A stretch of 64,000 nucleotides of DNA, taken from positions 17,794,001 to 17,858,000 of the forward strand of contig CATNEN010000038.1 in assembly GCA_950097015.1 (NCBI GenBank), written 5' to 3'. This document shows, piece after piece, positions 23,987 to 33,100 of this stretch (its first letter is position 1; each line of letters opens with the position of its first letter). Both the position numbers and the translations under genes were made by a program. Source of the stretch: Macrostomum hystrix. Its lineage: Eukaryota > Animalia > Platyhelminthes. The notes beneath the pieces are model-generated. The model was given only the letters and a program-made list of their open reading frames with translations, searched no databases and was not told the origin of the DNA.

Positions 23987-26368
23987 TTATCGAAACTGAG
24001 TCGCTCGCTCTGCCTTCTGTCGTCGCTTCTGGTGGGGCTTCTTACCAGCAGATGGTTTCCTCATAGTTTTGAACCTGCCATTGGTAGATGTGAACACTCC
24101 TTCATCCTTAATCATTCGAAAGCACTTTTGGAAAGCTGCATCTCTTTGTTTTTTTGACATTTTCTTCCAAGCATCGAGAGTGATTTGATGATGTACATAC
24201 ATACAGGACAGTCGAAACTCGCCAAAGCCGATGAGAGCTCTTTCTGCTTCTAAATGCTGCTGCCTCGATAGCTCCTCCAAGCGAAAAATCAAGTCAGGAA
24301 GGTTTCTTGGTGTCCAACTTATTTTCATCTTCAAAACGTGATTCAGCGACTCAGCATTGTTGGTCGTCCACAAGTGACGCTCGCAGACAATGCTTTCTCG
24401 CAACAGTGGTAGCACGTGTGAGGCACAGTATTTCGCAAATGCTGGGATTGCACTTCGCATTTCATGTATAAGCTGTGCCACAGCAGCATCAAAAACAGTC
24501 ACTGTATTAGAGTTGGCAAGTCCATGTGTACCGAAAATTTGTGAAATAATTTTCTTTCGTTCGTACTTATCAACACCACATGTGTCTGATAGCTGCCTTT
24601 TGGCATTGTCCTTCAAATGCTTTGTACATGCCACTGTAAACGCGTATGGAAAGGAATGCATCATTGCCTTACGCATCCCCAGCTCAGCATCCGATCCAAG
24701 AATAATCTTCTTTTGAGGTGAATGTTCCAGCATCAAAGATAAATGGCTGAAGAAGTAGTTATATGTCGTGGCATCAGAATTGCCATGTAAAAAGATTGGC
24801 CCCATAAAAATGGGGGTATCTCCTGTTGATTTGCGATACAAAGCCAAGTTCTGATACGAACTAGGGGTAACAAAAACAGAGCCCAGATTGTATGTTTTGT
24901 CGAATGACAGTACACTTGCGTTGGAACCGCAGCAGAATTCTTTAACGTCTCGCAGTTGCTTATCTGTGTACAGAACAGCGCAAGGCGGCCTTCCATGTGG
25001 GTGAATTACATGTCGTACAAATTCATTCATTTGAAGCATTTCAACGACAGCCAACCACTCGTCTGCAGGGTTTGCGAATGGCACCCTGTGCCCCGAAGCA
25101 TTTTTACGATTTGCATCTCTTAATTGTTGAAGATTACGAGGAGACTTCTCACTCTCTTCCAAATTGTCCTTCACTAACTTAGCATAAACTTCTCTAGGTG
25201 GAAGCGACTTCAGCATCTCCTTCATTTTCTGTATAGTTTCTTCTGGTGTTCGAATGAAGTGTGAATCTTCTGCACTATCGTTCCCATGCTGCTTGTGTCC
25301 TGGGAATGTACCTGCGTATTCAAAAATGGCAATTGAGTGTGCTGCACTCTCAATCCAAGTAATCCGGCGACGATAGCTCGAAGCAGATTGTGAGCCAAAT
25401 TTCAAACTTGAATAATGGTGCACAAAAGTAACAACGTCTTCCTTCAATGGCTGTGGAGATAGTGGAACATAGTAGCGTTTGTTACTGCACTGAAATTCAG
25501 TGCAGTATTTTTCTTCTTTACGATGCAATCGAGATCCAAGACGATTACTTGCACATAAATATGGAACTCTAATAGTAGGCGAATTTGATGAGACCCACGC
25601 TCCACAGTCATCCCAAAAAAGGCTTTTCTTGCCACCCAGTCGACGCTGTATATTGTCAGTGTTGTCAACCACGAAGTATACATTGTCCTTTTTTCCAGTC
25701 GGAACTGATTTTAGGGCATTCTCTATCCCGGTTGTAGTCAAAACCTCATAAACTTTTTGGCCAGACATGAATTTTCCTCCTGGTAGACTAGAATCAGTTC
25801 CATAATCAGTAAACAGGTTTGACTCGTCGGCGATGTAATCATTCTTCCTCTTTGCATTCTTTGGATCTGAGTCAGAATTGGATTGCTTCTCATCATCGGT
25901 GCTCATTGATTCGTCCGCTCTTCTTCTTGTGTCCTTGTACTTCTTTCTTTTTGACTTCTGCGAACTTGAAGTGCCATTCTCCTCCACCCCAGCATCATCG
26001 CCTGCAGCTTCATTCTCTCTCTTTGTGCCTTTCTTCTTCTTTGACTTCTGCGAACTTGAAGCGCCACTCTCCTCCACCCCAGCATCATCGCCTGCAGCTT
26101 CATTCTCTCTCTTTGTGCCTTTCTTCTTCTTTGACTTCTGCGAACTTGAAGCGCCACTCTCCTCCACCCCAGCATCATCGCCTGCAGCTTCATTCTCTCT
26201 CTTTGTGCCTTTCTTCTTCTTTGACTTCTGCGAACGCGTCTTGTCCTTGTCCCCCACTCCAGCACCATTGTCATTCGCTGCCTCTTCACTTTCCTGCGCA
26301 TTCTTCTCTTCAGCCCTCCTCGCATGCGACTCACCTTCGTCACTCCCAACTTCACCATCCTTTCGCCA
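23987..26368 (-). CDS. MULE/Mutator-family DDE transposase (frame open from 26368; no dedicated early ATG)
   Basis: SFDKTYNLG (D, 24899-24901), LGSDAE (D, 24689-24691), CTKH (CxxH, 24617-24628), TTNNAESLNHVLK (E, 24350-24352). N-terminal 90-bp x3 K-rich repeats and a basic C-terminal tail. Confidence 0.9.
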   Translation of the reverse strand, partial: WRKDGEVGSDEGESHARRAEEKNAQESEEAANDNGAGVGDKDKTRSQKSKKKKGTKRENEAAGDDAGVEESGASSSQKSKKKKGTKRENEAAGDDAGVEESGASSSQKSKKKKGTKRENEAAGDDAGVEENGTSSSQKSKRKKYKDTRRRADESMSTDDEKQSNSDSDPKNAKRKNDYIADESNLFTDYGTDSSLPGGKFMSGQKVYEVLTTTGIENALKSVPTGKKDNVYFVVDNTDNIQRRLGGKKSLFWDDCGAWVSSNSPTIRVPYLCASNRLGSRLHRKEEKYCTEFQCSNKRYYVPLSPQPLKEDVVTFVHHYSSLKFGSQSASSYRRRITWIESAAHSIAIFEYAGTFPGHKQHGNDSAEDSHFIRTPEETIQKMKEMLKSLPPREVYAKLVKDNLEESEKSPRNLQQLRDANRKNASGHRVPFANPADEWLAVVEMLQMNEFVRHVIHPHGRPPCAVLYTDKQLRDVKEFCCGSNASVLSFDKTYNLGSVFVTPSSYQNLALYRKSTGDTPIFMGPIFLHGNSDATTYNYFFSHLSLMLEHSPQKKIILGSDAELGMRKAMMHSFPYAFTVACTKHLKDNAKRQLSDTCGVDKYERKKIISQIFGTHGLANSNTVTVFDAAVAQLIHEMRSAIPAFAKYCASHVLPLLRESIVCERHLWTTNNAESLNHVLKMKISWTPRNLPDLIFRLEELSRQQHLEAERALIGFGEFRLSCMYVHHQITLDAWKKMSKKQRDAAFQKCFRMIKDEGVFTSTNGRFKTMRKPSAGKKPHQKRRQKAERATQFR
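25945..26235 (-). repeat. Three in-frame 90-bp repeats (SQKSKKKKGTKRENEAAGDDAGVEESGASS) in the transposase linker
   Basis: Directly visible, near identical. Confidence 0.9.
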
Positions 26369-27124
26369 TCATTCCTCGAGTCGTCAACTCGTGAGTTCTC
26401 ACTATAGTCCTCTGCCCCCTCCTCATCCATCTCAACACTTGTTGGTGACTCATGTGTTGCATCGACTATTCGTATGAGTGGAATGACATGGTTCGCAACG
26501 AGTGCAGTTGCCTTGGCTGGAACGTGCGAAAAGTGAGACCACATTAATGTGATTACCGGACTGCATGGACGGCGGACACCACGACCACACACAAGGCGTG
26601 TGTATGGATGCTGGTCACAAGAAATAAGAGCATTTGGTGGATGATATGACTGAATCGCTTTACCAATGGCAGCACTCAGTGCAAAGAAGTGAATCATCTC
26701 TGCATAGGAGCCAGGAGTAACAGCACTCATCATTACATCTAGAAATGGCACTGGTGTATAGATCCGACAGTCATTTATTAGATCAGTAAAGTTTGCTGCT
26801 TCCAAATCATAGAATGATCTGTTGTCAATCAACTCTAGCCCAATTCGCAAACGAAGGTACAGATGGTGCTCCTGTGTGCCATAGAGAGCCAGGGAGGCTG
26901 CACGATAAAAACAGTTGCCATCCCCAGCAACAGCTGCAGGGTGGTACAAATTGAGTACACATGGCTGGAACAGCAGCAAAATCTTCTTGGCAATATCATC
27001 AGTACCAGTCTTATCGGTGCCAGCATTTCCAAAGATGACCTCTTGAAGTTGTGGTTCTACAAAGTATGTCGCCAGCAGAAGTTGTTCGCGCTCACTAGCA
27101 GACATAGCCACTGAAGTCTGTAGC
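26335..27124 (-). CDS. Exon encoding vertnin-like OTU-fold cysteine protease domain of the MULE protein (raw ORF runs on to 25903)
   Basis: Cys box GDGNCFYRAAS (C at 26911-26913) and His box NHVIPL (H at 26488-26490). Acceptor tttcag|G at 27125/27124 is in phase with the PHD exon. Confidence 0.82.
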
Positions 27125-27465
27125 CTGAAATTGTTGAAACAAAAGAAAGTAGCAACTTTTATGTTGAATTTGAGCTAGCTGACTTGCAAAATCCACTGGA
27201 AATGCTTTATACAAGTTTATCAAGATTTCTATCATGCACTATAGCAGACTGTAGCAGTTCTCAATCTGAGCTTTATGATACATTTAGAATTGCATGTAAT
27301 CTATTAAGAGAATGTAGAAAAATGATCCAGATATGAGTAATTCCTTGAATATGTCATATGACAGTGAAGTTGAAGTTTTAGTTTTCCTTTGCAACTACTT
27401 ACTGCTTACTACTATACTACTAAGTACAGTATATATTTTTTTCCCATTTTTTTATCAAAAGCCCT

Positions 27466-27856
27466 TAGGGTAAAACATCATCAACCAAACCATTCAAGAG
27501 AAATGAAAGTCATATTTATCTTTCATGTGATTCTTCCTAACTATTTTATTCATTTGTTATGATATTTCAAGTTCTATGATGCCTTTACTATGCCAAAATG
27601 AAAAACAGAACATCGGATTCTTTGTTCAGCTTGACAATGCATGAAAATTGTTGCTTGGTTTTGATAGAAAGTGGTCTATTACCTCTTTCAACTTAATTAA
27701 CTGCTTTGGATAAAACAATATTCTTCAAAAAGAAAAATATTAACTTTCTGCAACTTTGGGTTAGCTTCACTTTGATATGAAGCATACTGAAAGTTTAATA
27801 AAAGGTTGAATATATAAAATCATTGATTTCTTGTTTGGTTGATGACTTTTACCCCA
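27466..27856. mobile_element. MITE-like element nested in MULE intron
   Basis: Imperfect ~24-bp TIRs gggtaaaacatcatcaaccaaac / gtttggttgatgacttttacccc. TSD not resolved. Confidence 0.55.
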
Positions 27857-27918
27857 TTCTCTATTTTTATAGAATATGCTTTCCACCATTTTATATCACT
27901 GTTGATGAAGAAGCCCAC

Positions 27919-28075
27919 TAGAGTTCAGTTCCACCATAACTAAAATTTTCCCATATCCATATCTATATCCATAACCTCTTAATTTTCCCATAGCCTATCC
28001 ATATCCATATCTTTTATGAAAAAATCCATATCTGTAACTTCTCATAGACATATCCATAGCTATGGCAGAACTCTA
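27919..28075. mobile_element. 157-bp hAT-type MITE nested in MULE intron
   Basis: TIR tagagttc / gaactcta. Perfect 8-bp TSD aagcccac (27911-27918, 28076-28083). Internal atatcc repeats. Confidence 0.8.
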
Positions 28076-28323
28076 AAGCCCACCATTTGTAAGGTCTACT
28101 CTCTCTAGCACTACCACAAAGAACATCAATTTGATTCTAATCAAGATGCAAGTCATAGGCCTAGGGACTAGCATAAGTCATAAGGGAAGAATCTTAAGAT
28201 AGACAAAATGTATAATTTTATATACATCTGGTGGGGCACAGCACTGTGATTAGGCCACGAGGCCCCTGCAGCAATAGAATTTTGTGAATTTAATATGAAG
28301 ACCACACTACAGCATTTACTCAC

Positions 28324-28544
28324 CTAGAGAGAGCACCCTGAATGTCATATCCTCCATCGTTGATGTGGACACACGTGGGACAAAGGAAGTCTGCATTTGA
28401 GGAATCCCACTTAGCAAACAACACTTCGCTCATTGCAAGACATGTTCGATGGCTCCAACACTGGCATCCACAACAATAGATTGTATCGTCAGCGCATTCA
28501 AGACCACACCCAGTGCAGGGGTACATAGGACTCCGAATCCTCAT
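28324..28544 (-). CDS. PHD-finger exon (first coding exon of the MULE gene)
   Basis: C4HC3 pattern CTGC..CCGCQCWSHRTC..FLCPTC. Donor AG|GTGAGT at 28324/28323 is phase 2 and matches the acceptor at 27124. Confidence 0.85.
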
Positions 28545-28989
28545 AGCACACTGCTAGGATCTTTACCGTCTTGATTGAAATGTGGCTTGGTGATTTGATA
28601 GTCTGCACGTGGCGGTCCAAAATCGAATACTGTAAGTTTAATTTGTTAACTGCTCCTGTAAGTTAGTTTAAACAAAGTGTTGCACAAAGAACTCACGATT
28701 GATTTGAAAAAGCGTATGGTATGTAAACTGAAGCTTCTTTTAAAACGACCCGTAATAGTATACAATAAGCAAGGGTTGAAATTCTATTCTAAGCACAAAG
28801 GCAATGACGACTCGATATATGCAACTGCAACGGCATTACAAAATACAGAAAACACACACCCTAATATCGCACGTACGGTAGCTATTGATCGCACTCCCTC
28901 ACACCGATGTTGCTTCACTTTGCACGGCGGATGCTTTAATCAGCCATAGTTTGCCCTCGATCAATAATTTTGTCATTTTCAGGTTCCAG

Positions 28990-29167
28990 TTGGTCCGTTT
29001 CGGTTTGTTTCGGTCCGTTTCGGTCCGTTTCGGTTTGTTTCGGTCCGTTTCGGTCCGTTTCGGTTTGTTTCGGTCCGTTTCGGTCCGTTTCGGTCCGTTT
29101 CGGTCCGTTTCGGTCCGTTTCGGTTTGTTTCGGCCCGTTTCGTCAGTTTCGGCATTTCCACGGACCG
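28990..29167 (-). repeat. Right TIR of MULE
   Basis: (cggtccgttt)n followed by cggcatttccacggaccg. Confidence 0.92.
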
Positions 29168-30175
29168 GGAATACAAGTCCCCAACAGACTATAGTGGGTC
29201 CATGGAACTAAGGCAGTCGATTTTTTATCTAGTTTTTTATCTCATATGTCATGGCTTGAAGAGCTTTGCTGATTTTTAGCTCATATTTGTTTTAATTTAA
29301 CTTAATTTAAGAAACATAACAGTAAAACAAACAGGCATGGTTTTGGAGCAAAATGTGTTTGTTGCGGACTAATAGCAGAGCACTCTGGCTCTTTGTTCTT
29401 TGTCTTTGTTTTTATTGTACATTTTCAGCTTTTTAGACACTGCTAATTTGATCATCTCAGTCTCAAGATTTATTTTTTTATTGGCAGTGCTTGTCCCCAG
29501 ATACCATTGTAATAAGTGTCATACTGTTAGAATAATAAATCTGAACTCAATCAAATTTTCCTAATTTAATTACAATACACACATTTGGTGCCATTTAGTG
29601 ATAGCAGTTTGTGGCATTCTATTGTGTTTACATGGGCAAATCAGCAAAAGGTAGAGATCATCAGAATTTTTGTTGTTATAGCTGGATGATGGATGTTTAC
29701 ATTTTTAGTAGAATTTTAAATAGGATATTATTTACAAAAATGTTACAATTTACAATGTTTATAATTTACAAAAAAATTGTTGTAAATGAATTCTAGTTAA
29801 TTAATGCCCCCTAAATTAAAATAACTAAGAGTAGAATAGTTAAAAATAGTTTTTTAAATTTATGATTGTTGTTATCTTGGCAGTTTTTTCACTTAATCTA
29901 CTGGATTTACAGGAAGTAGAACAGAAGTGTTAAAATCAAACATATTACATGATTAATTACTTGCTCAAAATGTATTAATCAATTAAGTACCCATTTTAAA
30001 TCAACTATTCGAATGGTTAATGAGCTATCTGGTTTGATAATTTCGTTTTGTTGTCATATTACATTTTTTGTTACTCATCATTACTTTGGGACTGGTGACT
30101 AGGCATCCAACTATTTTTTCTGACAATCTTTGTGAATGTTTTAAAACCAAACTTTTTCCAATTTATCAATAAAAT

Positions 30176-33100
30176 ATGACAATTAGCTCTTCGAATTCAT
30201 CTCTGTTGTCAGTGGCCGAGAAGGAGCTGGAGTGGAAGACGGCCCTCAACCAGCAGGTCGCCCTTCTAGAAGAAACCCTAGCCAATCGGGAGGCTGAGCT
30301 AAAAGACGAGCATAAAAAGTCGGCCCAATTAACAGAGGATTTCAAATACAATTTGCGCCTTGTAAGAGAAAGAGATGAAGAACTGGGTGCCATGGAACGC
30401 GAAAACATTGTGCTGAAGCAGCAGTGCCTAGCTTTGGAAGACAAACTGTCTGCTGTGAGTGTGAAACACGACGAATGTGTTCAGAAGCTGGCCGAGGAAT
30501 CGCATGCGCATTCTCGCTTAGTTGAGCACAGCAAATCTGAGCAGGACTCGCGAGAACGAGAGCTGCAATTGTTGAGACACGAGCACGAACTAGAATTATC
30601 AAGGCTGCGGGATGAGCATCAGGTGTGAAAATTGATGATTGACAAGCAGCATTTGTTGAGTCATTTATTAAAATCGTTTATTGTATGTCTTAAACGCTTC
30701 TTTATTGATATTTAACTTTAGCACACACGCACACAGATACTGTACGCAGGCATACGCTCACACAAATGTGTACATCTGCCCTGCACTTTCACTGTGCCTT
30801 AGAGATTGGCCCTCAAGCGCGTAAATTACACGACAAGCCCCCAAGCCTTCTCTCCGCGACTGCGCCCCAAATGAATGTGGCCTCGCCGCTGAATCGAGCT
30901 CAGGGAAAAGTTTCTACCTACAGATACTACTGGGTTGGTTTTACAGCATGATTATAGTGTCTGCTAGGAGCAATCTCATGGATTCAAATTATTTCCCTTG
31001 GCTGACATTTTTTGAATCTTCTATACCTTTATTAAATAGTTAAGCTGTAATAACTGTAGCTTCCTGCACAATTTTCTTTGACCCCTATCAACCGACAGGC
31101 TCTTCGTCGTCAGCTAGAGATTGAGAATATTCGCTGCAAAAAGGAGCTGGAACTGCAGAAGCGCGAACTGCTCGGCTCGCTAGACCGGCGAGTTGATGAG
31201 ATCCGGGACGACTATCAGAATCGGGCCAGGCAGATGGAGAAGTCGCTGTTAGATAGCGAATTGAAATGCGACCTATTGGATAAGGAGGCTGCCAGTCTGC
31301 GTAAAGCGCGACTGGATCTACTCAACAGACTTGAGACCTGCGAGACTGAAGCTGCTCAACTGGAGAAACGGTTAAGCGAAGCTGCTGCTAGGTGAGAATT
31401 TTCGTTTCTTTTTTTATTTCGTTGACACGTGAGCACACATACTCACAGGTGAGTGGCGGAGCGGTTCCACTGTGTGAACGTGTGTTAAGTCAGCGGAATG
31501 GGCAGAATCGATCGGCTCCTCGCTGGCTGCGGGTCTACTGACAATAAATTATGTACCAGTACCCACGGCACTTGAATAATCAGAACTATAATATCGGCCC
31601 TGAAGGACGAGGGAATCGGCCCTGAAGGACGAGGGAATCGGCCCTGAAGGACGAGGGAATCGGCCCTGAAGGACGAGGGATTCGGCCCTGATGGATGAGG
31701 GATTCGGCCCTGAAGGATGAGGGATTCGGCCCTGATGGATGAGGGATTCGGCCCTGAAGGATGAGGGATTCGGCCCTGATGGATGAGGGAAACGGCCCTC
31801 AAGGATGAGGGAATCGGCCCTGAAGGATGAGTGAATCGGATCTACAGTATAAGGTCCTGAGGAATGAAGAAATCGGCCCCTGAAGGATGAGGAAATCGGC
31901 CCTGAAGGATGAGGAAATCGGCCCCTGAAGGATGAGGAAATCGGCCCCTGAAGGATGAAAGAATCGGCCCCTGAAGAAATTTTTTCAAACTAATTTACGT
32001 ATATTTAGCCTATCAACTTTAATCACGACCTCAGATACGAAAGCGACATAGCCGTATTAGAAAACGAGAAGGAGCGTCTCCAAGAGCTCATAGCTTCCCT
32101 AGAGGCCAATCATCGATCCGCTATTAGTCGACTAGAAGAAAAATTAGCCGCCGCTCAGACTGAAGCAGCCAGGCAAGATCAAAGCAATGCCGCCACTGCG
32201 GCCAAATTAAAAGAGGAACGACAGACGGTGCGGAGGCAGACGGCTGATTTGTTGGCTAAACTGCACGAAGCTGAAGCCAGCTTTCAAAGGAAGGCTACGG
32301 ACTTTGATAGCGACCTTCGGGCCAAGGATGCCCATATTAGAGGGCTTAATGACCAGGTAAGATTTTCGTACTTTTCCTGACAACGTGTAAGTTCGTGTGC
32401 TTGCTCAGGCATAGATCTCTGAATAGAGAACTTAAGAGACAACTTCCCGCCAAACCCACATTTTCCTGGGGTAGGCTGACTTACTGTCCTAAAAATACAC
32501 TGAGCAGATCAGCAAAAAATTATAGGATTTATTCAGCTTTCTAATAATAAAAAACCTTGAAAATATGTTGCCTGATACGAAAATAATTTCTACATTCAGA
32601 GCTCAGGTGTCGCAAGCTGAACATTTAGGAAAGTCTGCATTATATCAATTTCTGTTTATAATTTTACGTTTCCTAAATCGATATCAATCAACCAATCAGA
32701 TTGAAGATCTGCAGGCGCAGTTAAGCGCTTCCAAGGCCGATGTCAGTCGACTGTTCGTTGACAAAGACGCAGAAATTGATCGGTTAAAGCGAAATAATCA
32801 GAGCATTGCTGAGGAATTAAATCATCGACGCGCCGATATTGACAAGTGAGACTTTTATTGTTAATGACAATTATTATCCCTAGCTTTGGAGTTCAATCCC
32901 ATAAAATGTCAATCCGTCCCACGCATTTAATTAAAATCCCTAAAAATGGCGATTAATTCCCTGCAATAAAATGAAATCCCTAAAATAGAGTGAAATCCCA
33001 AGGGATACATTCCATCCCAAGAATCAGATTGAAATCCCAAACAGGACATTCCATGCCAAGAATCAGTAGAGTGAAATCCCAAAGAGGACATTCCATCCTA

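Larger units (their letters stand above)
20415..29167 (-). mobile_element. Full-length Mutator-like (MULE) DNA transposon with foldback-type TIRs, encoding PHD + OTU-like protease + DDE transposase
   Basis: TIRs (G/C)GGTCCGTGGAAATGCCGAAAC followed by (gaccgaaacg)n at both ends in inverted orientation. Direct repeat ggaatacaag at 20405-20414 and 29168-29177 (9-11 bp depending on end definition). Internal MULE transposase ORF. Confidence 0.93.

Noticed and set aside
24390-26477. Plus-strand and alternate-frame ORFs overlapping the transposase
   Set aside because: Antisense or alternate-frame shadows of the real coding frame
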